A stretch of DNA of 61,984 nt from contig CALGTU010000028.1 in NCBI GenBank assembly GCA_937901465.1, positions 1 to 61,984 on the forward strand, read 5' to 3'. The notes beneath the pieces were generated by a model. It was not told the origin of the DNA, searched no databases, and saw nothing but the letters and a program-made list of their open reading frames with translations. The stretch comes from an uncultured Clostridia bacterium. Its GTDB lineage: Bacteria > Bacillota > Clostridia > Oscillospirales > Ruminococcaceae. How positions within the stretch are numbered: position 1 is the first letter of the stretch; every line of letters begins with the position of its first letter. Made by a program: the position numbers and the translations under genes. Shown piece after piece: positions 45,796 to 55,097 of this stretch.

Positions 45796-47170
45796 AGAAT
45801 GCAATTCTTTCTTCGATGTAAGATTTAACTTCTGCAATAGGAATACGAACCTGCTGCATTGAATCTCTTTCACGGATTGTTACACAGTTGTCTGTTTCAC
45901 TTTCGAAGTCATATGTGATACAGAAAGGTGTTCCGATTTCGTCTTCTCTTCTGTATCTCTTTCCGATAGCACCTGCATCGTCATAGTCTGTCATAAAGTA
46001 TTTTGAAAGTTCATCAGCGAGTTCTGATGCGGGACCTGCGAGCTTCTTTGAAAGAGGAAGAACGGCAGCCTTGAAAGGAGCGAGATATGGATGGAAATGC
46101 ATAACTGTTCTTACTGAACCGTCTTCGAGTGTTTCTTCGTCGTAAGCTTCTGTAACCATAGAGAGGAAAAGTCTTTCAACGCCGAGTGAGGGTTCAACAA
46201 CATAAGGAATATACTTTTCGTTTGTTTCGGGGTCGAAGTATTCCATGCTCTTTCCGCTTGTGTTGATATGCTGAGTAAGGTCATAGTCTGTTCTGTCGGC
46301 AACGCCCCAGAGTTCACCCCAACCGAATGGGAAAAGGTATTCAAAGTCAGTAGTTGCCTTTGAATAGAAACAGAGTTCTTCGGGGTCATGGTCACGAAGA
46401 CGGAGATTTTCTTCCTTTATGCCGAGAGAAAGGAGCCAGTCACGGCAGAAGCCTCTCCAGTACTGGAACCATTCAAGGTCTGTTCCGGGTTTACAGAAGA
46501 ATTCAAGTTCCATCTGTTCGAATTCTCTTACACGGAAGATGAAGTTTCCGGGAGTGATTTCGTTTCTGAATGATTTACCTATCTGTGCAACGCCGAAAGG
46601 AACTTTCTTACGGCTTGTTCTCTGAATGTTTGCAAAGTTTACAAAGATACCCTGTGCTGTTTCGGGGCGAAGATAAAGTTCTGCCTTGCTGTCTTCTGTA
46701 ACGCCCTGGAATGTCTTGAACATAAGGTTGAACTGACGGATGTCTGTGAAATTATGCTTTCCGCAGTTTGGACAGGGAATTCCCTTTTCCTTGATGTAGT
46801 CCATCATCTGTTCGTTTGACCAGCCTGCAGGGTTTGTGCCGTCAAAGTCTTCAATAAGGTTATCGGCACGATGTCTTGTCTTACATTCCTTACAGTCCAT
46901 AAGAGGATCTGAAAATCCGCCTAAATGTCCTGATGCTACCCATGTCTGTGGGTTCATGAGGATAGCACTGTCAAGACCTACGTTATATTTATTTTCCTGA
47001 ACGAATTTTTTGAGCCATGCTTTTTTGATGTTGTTCTTGAGTTCAACACCTAAAGGACCGTAATCCCATGTATTTGCAAGACCGCCGTAGATTTCACTGC
47101 CGGGGTATACAAATCCTCTGCCCTTACAAAGAGCAACTATTTTGTCCATTGTTTTTTCAGTGTTTTTCAT
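45794..47170 (-). CDS. glyQS: Glycine--tRNA ligase (single-chain GlyQS type)
   Basis: 458 aa, class II aaRS motifs ([21 protein letters not shown]; GVERL), anticodon-binding C-domain. Confidence 0.95.
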   Translation of the reverse strand: MKNTEKTMDKIVALCKGRGFVYPGSEIYGGLANTWDYGPLGVELKNNIKKAWLKKFVQENKYNVGLDSAILMNPQTWVASGHLGGFSDPLMDCKECKTRHRADNLIEDFDGTNPAGWSNEQMMDYIKEKGIPCPNCGKHNFTDIRQFNLMFKTFQGVTEDSKAELYLRPETAQGIFVNFANIQRTSRKKVPFGVAQIGKSFRNEITPGNFIFRVREFEQMELEFFCKPGTDLEWFQYWRGFCRDWLLSLGIKEENLRLRDHDPEELCFYSKATTDFEYLFPFGWGELWGVADRTDYDLTQHINTSGKSMEYFDPETNEKYIPYVVEPSLGVERLFLSMVTEAYDEETLEDGSVRTVMHFHPYLAPFKAAVLPLSKKLAGPASELADELSKYFMTDYDDAGAIGKRYRREDEIGTPFCITYDFESETDNCVTIRERDSMQQVRIPIAEVKSYIEERIAF

Positions 47171-47203
47171 ATTGACTCTCCTTTGTTATGATACGCTTTT
47201 TAT

Positions 47204-47232
47204 ATTTTATTAAATTATTTGAGTTTTGTCAA
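47204..47232 (-). promoter_or_regulatory. Sigma-A promoter of glyQS
   Basis: The minus strand reads TTGACA-17 nt-TAAAAT. The leader is only about 30 nt. Confidence 0.6.
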
Positions 47233-47299
47233 GTTTTTCGGGAATTTTCTTTCCTTTTGAAGCATAAAATTCATCAAACCATAAAAGGAGATTTTTTAT

Positions 47300-47710
47300 A
47301 TGCTTGCAGTTTCTCTCTCGGGGAAAAAAATAAAATCCGCAATTCTTTCCGTTGTCCTTGTTTTAATACTTTTTGGTACTACGTTTCTTCTTTTCTATAT
47401 AAAAGAAAGTGAAAAAATCTATCTTTCCGATGAGGCTGAAATCGTCGCTTTTTTAGAGGAAAAAGGATATAGCCCTACAAAGATTTCAGAAAAAGAAATC
47501 ATCATTCCGATAATATGGAACGAAACCTTTGAAAATTATAATCTTTTACAGAAAGAACAAGGGCTTGACCTTCATAATTTCAGAGGGAAAACTGTTTTCA
47601 AATACAGTTTCGTTTCGGGTAACAACGAGATAACCCTTCTCATTTCAGACGGTGTTTTAATAGGCGGAGATGTTTTTTCTTATGAAGAAAGAAAAAGCGG
47701 TGTTTTGTAA
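47300..47710 (+). CDS. Membrane-anchored DUF4830-like protein
   Basis: N-terminal TM, then EAEIVAFLEEKGY....I.EKEIIIP..WNETFENYN.LQKEQG.DL..F.GK. This resembles DUF4830 as I recall it. Confidence 0.6.
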   Translation: MLAVSLSGKKIKSAILSVVLVLILFGTTFLLFYIKESEKIYLSDEAEIVAFLEEKGYSPTKISEKEIIIPIIWNETFENYNLLQKEQGLDLHNFRGKTVFKYSFVSGNNEITLLISDGVLIGGDVFSYEERKSGVL

Positions 47711-47715
47711 TAAAT

Positions 47716-47745
47716 ATTCCCCCACATCTGTGGGGGAATTTTTTA
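47716..47745 (+). terminator. Rho-independent terminator
   Basis: ATTCCCCCAC..GTGGGGGAAT followed by T6. Confidence 0.8.
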
Positions 47746-47816
47746 TTCTCTGAATAGGGTAGATAAATCAAAAAGATTGCTTTGTTTAACACAGCAAAAT
47801 AAGTGAGATTTTCGTT

Positions 47817-49154
47817 TTACTCTTCTACTGTATCTACGAAGATTGCATAGATACACTTCATTGCCTGTTCGAAATCATCATCAGAAACGCCGACGATGAT
47901 GTTGAGTTCTGATGAACCCTGGTCGATCATCTTAACGTTTATCTTTGCATGTGCGAGTGCTGCGAAAATTCTTGCAGCAGTACCTCTCTGCTTTCTCATA
48001 CCTCTACCAACTATTGCGATAAGGGCAATGTTGTGTTCAAGTTCGATATGATCGGGGTTTGTGGCAGTTTTGATTTCCTGTAAAATTCTTTCTGCCTTTC
48101 CACCCATTGAGTTTTCATTTACAAGAACAGACATTGTGTCGATTCCTGAAGGGAGATGTTCGAATGAGATATTGTTTCCTTCAAGAACTTCGAGGATTTT
48201 TCTTCCGAAACCGAGTTCTGAGTTCATCATATCCTTTTCGATGTTTATTGCACAAAATCCCTTTTTACCTGCGATACCTGTTATTGTATAAGGGGGAATG
48301 ATGTCATCAGCGTTTGCAACGATCATTGTTCCTCTGTCAGCGGGAGCGTTTGTGTTCTTTATGTTTATAGGAATACCTGCTGTTCTTACGGGGAAGATAG
48401 CGTCTTCATGAAGAACGGTAGCGCCCATATATGAAAGTTCTCTGAGTTCTCTGTATGTTATTGTTGTTATGGGTGCGGGATTATCGATAATTCTTGGGTC
48501 AGCAACAAGGAAACCTGAAACGTCTGTCCAGTTTTCATAGATCTTTGCGTTTACCGCTCTTGCTACTATCGAACCTGTTATGTCAGAACCGCCTCTTGAA
48601 AATGTCTTTACAGAGCCGTTTGGCATAGAGCCATAAAAACCGGGAATAACAGCATAGTTGAGCTTTTTAAGACGTTCGCTCAAAACCTTTACTGTTCTTT
48701 CAAGATCGAAAATTCCCTTTTCGTTAAAGAAGATAACTTCTGCTGAATCAACAAAATCAAATCCTAAATATTTAGCAAGGATAATGCCGTTTAAATATTC
48801 CCCTCTTGAAGCGGCATAATCTCTTCCTGCTTTATTAAGGAAGTTTTTCTTAACCTTTTCGAATTCATCTTCGAGTGAAAGTTCGATACCGAGTTCTTTG
48901 ATGATACTGTTGTATCTTTCCTTGATATCTTCAAAAACTTTAAGATAACCTTCGTTATCGCTTTCGGCAAGGTCATAGCAAGCATAAAGCATGTCTGTTA
49001 CCTTTGTGTCGTCCTTGAATCTCTTTCCGGGTGCTGAGGGAACAGCATATCTTCTCGCTTTATCGGAAAGAATAATTTCAGCAACTTTCTTGAACTGTGT
49101 TGCATCGGCGAGTGAACTTCCGCCGAATTTTACTACTTTTATATCGTTTGTCAT
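47817..49154 (-). CDS. Aspartate kinase
   Basis: IKVVKFGGSSLAD and GRGGSD-type motifs with C-terminal ACT domains. The start is set at ATG 49154 because a candidate -10 sits 2 nt upstream of the ATG at 49187. Confidence 0.9.
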   Translation of the reverse strand: MTNDIKVVKFGGSSLADATQFKKVAEIILSDKARRYAVPSAPGKRFKDDTKVTDMLYACYDLAESDNEGYLKVFEDIKERYNSIIKELGIELSLEDEFEKVKKNFLNKAGRDYAASRGEYLNGIILAKYLGFDFVDSAEVIFFNEKGIFDLERTVKVLSERLKKLNYAVIPGFYGSMPNGSVKTFSRGGSDITGSIVARAVNAKIYENWTDVSGFLVADPRIIDNPAPITTITYRELRELSYMGATVLHEDAIFPVRTAGIPINIKNTNAPADRGTMIVANADDIIPPYTITGIAGKKGFCAINIEKDMMNSELGFGRKILEVLEGNNISFEHLPSGIDTMSVLVNENSMGGKAERILQEIKTATNPDHIELEHNIALIAIVGRGMRKQRGTAARIFAALAHAKINVKMIDQGSSELNIIVGVSDDDFEQAMKCIYAIFVDTVEE

Positions 49155-49188
49155 TGTGTCAATACCCCTTTTTATAGTCTTCTTCATA

Positions 49189-49218
49189 ATTCTAACCCTT
49201 TTGTTACTATTTTGTCAA
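49189..49218 (-). promoter_or_regulatory. Candidate sigma-A promoter of the aspartate kinase gene
   Basis: The minus strand reads TTGACA-18 nt-TAGAAT. Confidence 0.4.
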
Positions 49219-49270
49219 TCGGTGAATATGACAACATTATATCGAAAAACTACTGTTCTTTTGTGAAATA

Positions 49271-49308
49271 CGCTTGTACGCGTACGGCGGACAGTTTTTT
49301 ATAAAAAT
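49271..49308. repeat. Partial intergenic repeat module
   Basis: CGCTTGTACGCGTACGGCGGACAGTTTTTTATAAAAAT resembles 38215-38250 and 51841-51853. It contains the palindrome GTACGCGTAC. Confidence 0.45.
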
Positions 49309-49318
49309 ATAAATACTA

Positions 49319-49347
49319 TTGAAATGTATATAAAATTGTGGTAAAAT
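49319..49347 (+). promoter_or_regulatory. Sigma-A promoter of glgP
   Basis: TTGAAA-17 nt-TAAAAT with a TGn extended -10. Confidence 0.55.
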
Positions 49348-49395
49348 ATTCGTGGTATTATTTCATCTAAGTAATGATATTGGAGGTAGAATGAT

Positions 49396-51765
49396 ATGAA
49401 CAAGAAGGAATTTCTTGCCCAGATCAAGAACAATCTTTACACAGACTACAAGACAACCCTTAAAGAAGCTTCAACTCATCAGCTTCATAACGCTCTCGCA
49501 AGAACAGTTATGGCTGATATCATGCCCGATTGGCAGAAGAGTGAAAAGCGCCATGCAGCAAAGAGAAGAGCATATTATCTCTCAGCTGAATTCCTTATGG
49601 GTAGAGCTGTTTTCAATAACCTCTACTGTGCAGGTCTTTTAGACACAGCCAAGGAAGTTTTTTCTGAACAGGGCATAAACATCAACGATTTTGAAGACAT
49701 CGAAGACGCAGCTCTCGGTAACGGCGGTCTCGGAAGACTTGCTGCTTGTTTCCTTGATAGTGCGGCATCACAGGATATCCCCCTTAACGGTTACGGAATC
49801 AGATACCGCTATGGTCTTTTCAAGCAGTATTTTGAAAACGGATTCCAGAGAGAAACAGCTGACAAGTGGCTTCATCAGGGAATCGACGCATGGAGCATCC
49901 GTTGTGAAAACGACAAGGTAAGAATCGACTTCGCAGACCAGTCTGTAATGGCTGTTCCTTATGATGTTCCCATTATAGGATATGACAGAAAGTCAATAAA
50001 CACACTCCGTTTATGGCAGGCTGAAGGTCTTGATGAATTCAACTTCACAGACTTTGACAATCAGCTTTATCTCAACGCATCAGAAAATGCAATTCTCGCT
50101 GAGGCTATCAGTAATGTCCTTTATCCTAACGACAATACTGAAAAGGGACTTATTCTCCGTCTTAAACAGCAGTATTTCTTCTGCTCTGCATCTTTACAGG
50201 ATATTGTTTCAAACTATAAGAAGAAATATGGTTCTGATTTCTCTAAGTTCCCCGAACTTTATTCTATCCAGCTCAACGATACACACCCGACAGTATCTAT
50301 CCCCGAACTTATCCGTATCCTTATGTTCAAGGAAGGTATGGGATTCAACGAAGCATTTGATATCGCACAGAAGACATTCAACTATACAAACCACACAGTT
50401 ATGGCTGAAGCTCTCGAAAAATGGAATGTTTCTCTCTTCAGAAAGGTTATTCCTACAATTTACGATATCATCGGTCTTATTGATACAAAACTCAAAAACG
50501 ACCTTAAGAAGATGAAGAAGACAGACGAAGAAATCGGCTGGGTTTCAATCGTTCAGGGCGACCGTATCCACATGGCAAATATGGCTGTTTTCGCAACATC
50601 ACATACAAACGGCGTTGCAGCACTCCATACAGAAATCCTTAAAAACGACGTTCTCCGTGACTGGTACAGAATCTTCCCCGAAAGATTCCAGAACAAGACA
50701 AACGGAATTACTCCTCGTCGTTGGATAGGTCTTTGCAACCCTCAGCTTTCATCACTCATCACAGAAAAGCTCGGAACAGAAGACTGGGTTACAAATCTTG
50801 ATAAGCTTAAAGATCTTCAGAAGTTTGTTGACGACGAAGAAACACTCAAGGCTTTCGCTCATATCAAGCGTGAAAAGAAGCAGGAAGCTGTTGAATATAT
50901 CGGCAAGCACGAAAACTTCTGGATTAACCCCAACTTCATGTTCGATGTTCAGGTTAAGCGTCTTCATGAATATAAGCGTCAGCTCCTCAATGCATTTGCT
51001 ATTCTTGATATTTACTATCAGATTAAAGAAGGTGCACTCACAAACTGGCACCCGACAGTATTCATCTTCGGTGCTAAGGCTGCTCCCGCTTACAGAAGAG
51101 CAAAGGGTATCATAAAGTTTATCAACGAAATCGCAAAGAAGGTAAACTCAGACCCACAGACAAACGACAAGCTCCTTGTTCTCTTTGTTCAGAACTATAA
51201 CGTTTCTTATGCTGAAAAACTCATTCCCGCTGCTGACCTTTCAGAACAGATTTCAACAGCAGGTCTTGAAGCATCAGGAACAGGTAATATGAAGTTCATG
51301 CTCAATGGTGCTATAACAATCGGAACATGGGATGGCGCTAACATTGAAATCGCTGAAGAAGCAGGCGTACAGAACGAATACATCTTCGGTGCGAGAGTTG
51401 AAGAAATCAACCGCCTCAAAAACGGCAACTATCGTCCCAAGGAAGATTACTACTATGCAAACGACAGACTCAAGAGAGTTATCAACACACTCGTTGACGG
51501 AACATTCAACGACGGCGAAACAGGTATGTTCGGCGAGCTTTATTCCGCTCTTACAAACGGTTTCAGCTGGCATGCTCCCGATAACTACTTCATCTGCCGT
51601 GATTTCGACGATTATGTAAACGCTAAAATCAGAGCAAACCGTGAATACAACAACGACAGAACTGTATTCAACAAGAAATGCTGGATGAACGTTTGCAACG
51701 CAGGCAAGTTCTCATCAGACAGAACTGTCAAGCAGTATGCAGAAGAAATCTGGAAGGTAATTTAA
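49396..51765 (+). CDS. glgP: Glycogen/alpha-glucan phosphorylase
   Basis: 789 aa, with the EASGTGNMKFMLNGA pyridoxal-phosphate lysine motif. Confidence 0.95.
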   Translation: MNKKEFLAQIKNNLYTDYKTTLKEASTHQLHNALARTVMADIMPDWQKSEKRHAAKRRAYYLSAEFLMGRAVFNNLYCAGLLDTAKEVFSEQGININDFEDIEDAALGNGGLGRLAACFLDSAASQDIPLNGYGIRYRYGLFKQYFENGFQRETADKWLHQGIDAWSIRCENDKVRIDFADQSVMAVPYDVPIIGYDRKSINTLRLWQAEGLDEFNFTDFDNQLYLNASENAILAEAISNVLYPNDNTEKGLILRLKQQYFFCSASLQDIVSNYKKKYGSDFSKFPELYSIQLNDTHPTVSIPELIRILMFKEGMGFNEAFDIAQKTFNYTNHTVMAEALEKWNVSLFRKVIPTIYDIIGLIDTKLKNDLKKMKKTDEEIGWVSIVQGDRIHMANMAVFATSHTNGVAALHTEILKNDVLRDWYRIFPERFQNKTNGITPRRWIGLCNPQLSSLITEKLGTEDWVTNLDKLKDLQKFVDDEETLKAFAHIKREKKQEAVEYIGKHENFWINPNFMFDVQVKRLHEYKRQLLNAFAILDIYYQIKEGALTNWHPTVFIFGAKAAPAYRRAKGIIKFINEIAKKVNSDPQTNDKLLVLFVQNYNVSYAEKLIPAADLSEQISTAGLEASGTGNMKFMLNGAITIGTWDGANIEIAEEAGVQNEYIFGARVEEINRLKNGNYRPKEDYYYANDRLKRVINTLVDGTFNDGETGMFGELYSALTNGFSWHAPDNYFICRDFDDYVNAKIRANREYNNDRTVFNKKCWMNVCNAGKFSSDRTVKQYAEEIWKVI

Positions 51766-51778
51766 TTTTTCAAAATAC

Positions 51779-51811
51779 CCCGATAACAGAGAAATCTGTT
51801 ATCGGGTTTTT
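51779..51811 (+). terminator. Rho-independent terminator of glgP
   Basis: 12-bp stem CCCGATAACAGA / TCTGTTATCGGG, GAAA loop, T5. Confidence 0.85.
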
Positions 51812-51835
51812 ATTTGTGCGACTACGCATAAAATT

Positions 51836-52019
51836 TCGATGACAGTTTTTTATTACCGAGCGGAAAACTTAATCCCACAACCAAGTCGGAAACGATATGT
51901 CCTGTGCGGTCACGCACCTGTATTTTTATGATACTTTGTCCTATCGTTACCGAGCCACTTTTTAATTCCCACAACAAAGTCGGAAACGATCTGCCTGCAC
52001 GGGCTCCGTGCCACCTGTA
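51836..52019 (+). repeat. Two tandem copies (94-bp period) of the intergenic repeat family
   Basis: Copy A (51854-51922) and copy B (51948-52019) both read TACCGAG..CCCACAAC(C/A)AAGTCGGAAACGAT(A/C)TG(T/C)C, then a GC hairpin, then CACCTGTA. Confidence 0.75.
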
Positions 52020-52022
52020 ACC

Positions 52023-52081
52023 AAATTGTAATAAAATGTAATCAAATTGTAATCGCATTACGGTATAATATATGGTATAAT
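52023..52081 (+). promoter_or_regulatory. Three phased AAAWTGTAAT decamers, then two TATAAT boxes with no -35 (activator-dependent promoter candidate)
   Basis: TGTAAT occurs at 52027, 52037 and 52048, a 10-11 bp phase. An inverted CATTAC lies at 52056. GGTATAAT occurs at 52062-52069 and 52074-52081. Confidence 0.5.
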
Positions 52082-52123
52082 CTGTAATGGAGAAAAAAAT
52101 TTATTTTTCAGGGGGAAGAAAAT

Positions 52124-53446
52124 ATGAAAAAAATTATTATTGCAGTTCTCGCTTTAACACTCACATTCTCTATGACAGCGTGTGATAAACTGACAGAATT
52201 AAACCTTAATGAAACAACAGAAACTACAACTGTTGTCATAGATGGCGCTGATGTTCCTGACGGAGTTGTTATTACAGAGAATAAAGTTGACCTCGGCGAC
52301 GGCGATTATCTTATGGAAGAACTCGACGAAAGAGGGAACCTTATCTGTAACAGATATTATTCAGCAGATAATACTCTTCAGTATTATGTTACCTATGAAT
52401 ACAACGATATGGATCTCTGCACAAAAGAGATGCATTATGACGCAGAAGGAAACCTTGATATATATTTTGAAAAGGAATATAACGATAAAGGTCTTATAAC
52501 AAAGGGGTCGATCCACGAATCCGACGGAAGATGCAGTTCTTATGTCACATATGAATATGATGAAAATAATAACTGCATAAAAGAAATGAACTATGACGGC
52601 ACAGAACTTTTATCATATTCTGTTTCGGAATATAACGAAATGAACCTTATTACAAAGACAGAATTTTTCAATCCCGATGGAAGCAGTACCTATACAGATA
52701 TATATGAATACGATGAAAACGGAAACATTACAAGAGAAGCCTATTACAATGAAAATAAAGAACTGACAGGCGAATGTGTATATAAATATGACGATAACGG
52801 GAATCTTGTAAGCGAAATCCGCACCGATGAAAACGGCGAAAAATATTTCGGATATTATGAAAGAAACGCATCTGTAGTTGAAACATGGGAGAATGAAGTC
52901 GGCGAAATTCTTTATAAATATGATTATGAAGATGGCGCTCTCAAAAGGGAATACTTCTATAAAAAAGGAGTTATGACTCATTTTGAAGAATATATTGAAG
53001 AAAACGGCTCCCACATTATCATAAGAACATATGTTGACGCAATGGGAAATCCCACACGGTCAGAAACATATAACGAATATGGCTATAAAGAAATTGAAAC
53101 ATACTTTGACGAAATCGGCGAAGTAAAAGATTATTACACCTATGAATACAACGGCGACTGGCTCATTGAAAGACGCGATTATAAAAATGCAGCAGGCGAT
53201 ACATTATGGTTCAATACCTATGAATACGATGAAAATTTAAGACTTGTAAAAGACAGTTGCTATTTCCCCGAAAGTGAGTTACAATCATATCAGACTATGG
53301 AATACGATGAATACGGAAACGAATCAAAGCGTTCTGTTTATAACGCCGACGGAACACTTAATACATATCGCGAAATGCAGTATGACGACTATGGAAATCT
53401 TATTTCTTTCAAGGATTATAACGCTGACGGCACACCTATTTCTTAA
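52124..53446 (+). CDS. Lipoprotein made of YD/RHS-like repeats
   Basis: Signal peptide with a lipobox-like FSMTAC. More than ten Y-x-Y-D-E-N-G-N-L type repeats. No Rhs core or toxin domain. Confidence 0.75.
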   Translation: MKKIIIAVLALTLTFSMTACDKLTELNLNETTETTTVVIDGADVPDGVVITENKVDLGDGDYLMEELDERGNLICNRYYSADNTLQYYVTYEYNDMDLCTKEMHYDAEGNLDIYFEKEYNDKGLITKGSIHESDGRCSSYVTYEYDENNNCIKEMNYDGTELLSYSVSEYNEMNLITKTEFFNPDGSSTYTDIYEYDENGNITREAYYNENKELTGECVYKYDDNGNLVSEIRTDENGEKYFGYYERNASVVETWENEVGEILYKYDYEDGALKREYFYKKGVMTHFEEYIEENGSHIIIRTYVDAMGNPTRSETYNEYGYKEIETYFDEIGEVKDYYTYEYNGDWLIERRDYKNAAGDTLWFNTYEYDENLRLVKDSCYFPESELQSYQTMEYDEYGNESKRSVYNADGTLNTYREMQYDDYGNLISFKDYNADGTPIS

Positions 53447-53457
53447 GGAGAAATAAA

Positions 53458-54315
53458 ATGAAGAAATCAGAAATAATTATCGTAATAACGATAGTGGTTC
53501 TTGCAATAGCGGCGATTGTCATAGGAATAAATGCATTCGGTGACACAGAAATCGGCATTTCGGATTTTTTCAGAAACATTCCCACTGAAGTCGAATATTT
53601 TGATGTTGAAGAAAAATATGTAAAGCAGGTAACAGACAGCCGTGGGCTTGTCATAAAAGAAGAAAAATATTCTCTTGAAGATGATAAAAAACTAAGTTCT
53701 TCTACTTTTACATATGACACAAACGGAAATCTTCTTGAAATAGAAACCCGTGTAGAATCCGAAGCTTTTTCGTTTGAAATGTATGACAACTACAAATCTG
53801 AAACCATACTTAACGCTTATTATGAATATGATGAAAACAACAACAACATAAAGTATATTCAGACTACCTCTTCAGTTACCAGAGGCCCCGAAGGTGTATT
53901 ATCCGAGCATACTTATGTTATCGCGAATGCCGAATATCAGTATGATGAAAACAATCATATAACAAAAACAATAAGTTATGATGTAAGCGGCGGAAGATTA
54001 TCAAACGCAATATCATATTATCAACTTCATAAATGCTATGAAAACGGAAATATAGCCGAAAGTCATTTATATATTCATGGCAAGGAACTTATATCCATTG
54101 ACAAATATCAATATGACGAAAACGGAAATAAGATAAGATGCGATTCGTATTTTCCCGAAGAAGAATTAAAAAGTTATACTATCTATGAATATGACGAAGA
54201 AGGCAATCTTATTTATGAAACGCTTTTCGACGAGGATGGATACAAGTTACTTCATAACGAATATAACGAATACGGCGATATGATCAAGAAAACCACATAT
54301 CAGGACAAAGGATGA
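53458..54315 (+). CDS. Signal-anchored YD/RHS-like repeat protein
   Basis: N-terminal MKKSEIIIVITIVVLAIAAIVIG, with YEYDENNN, YQYDENNH and YEYDEEGNL repeats. Confidence 0.75.
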   Translation: MKKSEIIIVITIVVLAIAAIVIGINAFGDTEIGISDFFRNIPTEVEYFDVEEKYVKQVTDSRGLVIKEEKYSLEDDKKLSSSTFTYDTNGNLLEIETRVESEAFSFEMYDNYKSETILNAYYEYDENNNNIKYIQTTSSVTRGPEGVLSEHTYVIANAEYQYDENNHITKTISYDVSGGRLSNAISYYQLHKCYENGNIAESHLYIHGKELISIDKYQYDENGNKIRCDSYFPEEELKSYTIYEYDEEGNLIYETLFDEDGYKLLHNEYNEYGDMIKKTTYQDKG

Positions 54316-54319
54316 TTCT

Positions 54320-55060
54320 ATGAAAAAGGCAGAAATAGCTATTATAATAACAATAATTGTTCTTGCGATAGCAGCGATAGTTATAGGTATCTTCGCTTTT
54401 AAAGGAAGCGAAGAAAAAACTTCATCGGGCGGGAACGAAATAAAAGAATTCTTCTCTGAACTTTTCGAGAAAAAGCCCGAAAACCCCGATGTCGACCCCG
54501 TTGACCCCGTCATCACAGAAGAACCCGAAGAAACAGAACCCGAAGATGACGACGATGATGTATATGAAGACAACGAGTTCTTCTCTTATGATGATAATGG
54601 AAATATCATAAAAGAAGATTATGGCGATTATGTTTTAAGACACAAATATGATAACAAAAACCGTAAGATAAAAACCATCACATACGATGAAAACGGCGAT
54701 ATCCAGTATTGGAGCGTGTTTGAATACAAAGGCAACAGCGACAAGCCCTCAAGAAAAGAAACAAAAGATGCCAACGATGAACATATCTCAACAATTATAT
54801 ATGAATACGGAAACGATGGTTCATATATCGAATCAGGCTATCTCCCCAACGGTATTCTTACAGACAGAACATATTTTGACAAATCGGGATTTATCGTAAG
54901 GGCAGAATATTATTATAAGAATTATTTAGCTCAGCTTTATGAATTCGACCCTGAAACATTCTGTGCAAAGCAGACCAGTTATGACGAAGACGGAAATGTG
55001 ACATATTACGCCGAATACGACGAAAACGGCGACCTTGTAAAAGAAGAAATATATGAGTAA
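54320..55060 (+). CDS. Signal-anchored YD/RHS-like repeat protein with an acidic linker
   Basis: The N-terminus MKKAEIAIIITIIVLAIAAIVIG is paralogous to the previous gene. SYDDNGNI, TYDENGDI, SYDEDGNV and EYDENGDL repeats. Confidence 0.75.
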   Translation: MKKAEIAIIITIIVLAIAAIVIGIFAFKGSEEKTSSGGNEIKEFFSELFEKKPENPDVDPVDPVITEEPEETEPEDDDDDVYEDNEFFSYDDNGNIIKEDYGDYVLRHKYDNKNRKIKTITYDENGDIQYWSVFEYKGNSDKPSRKETKDANDEHISTIIYEYGNDGSYIESGYLPNGILTDRTYFDKSGFIVRAEYYYKNYLAQLYEFDPETFCAKQTSYDEDGNVTYYAEYDENGDLVKEEIYE

Positions 55061-55065
55061 AAAAC

Positions 55066-55097
55066 AAAAGACGGACTTTTAAAAAAGTCCGTCTTTT
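55066..55097. terminator. Bidirectional terminator
   Basis: AAAAGACGGACTTTT / AAAAGTCCGTCTTTT palindrome that overlaps the regulator stop codon. Confidence 0.8.

Noticed and set aside
47171-47299. Expected T-box leader upstream of glyQS.
   Set aside because: A consensus promoter at 47204-47232 leaves a leader of only ~30 nt, with no specifier or T-box sequence.
49155-49318. Possible lysine (L-box) riboswitch upstream of the aspartate kinase gene.
   Set aside because: The spacer is too short, at well under 150 nt once the promoters are placed, and I could not see the conserved L-box helices.
51854-52019. Possible CRISPR array.
   Set aside because: There are only two copies with a 94-bp period, the copies are 70 nt long and imperfect, further copies are dispersed singly, and no cas genes are present.
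52613-54573. Minus-strand ORFs of 108-133 aa inside the YD-repeat genes.
   Set aside because: They arise from the repetitive AT-rich coding sequence and have no RBS. The plus-strand genes all have a strong RBS and signal sequences.
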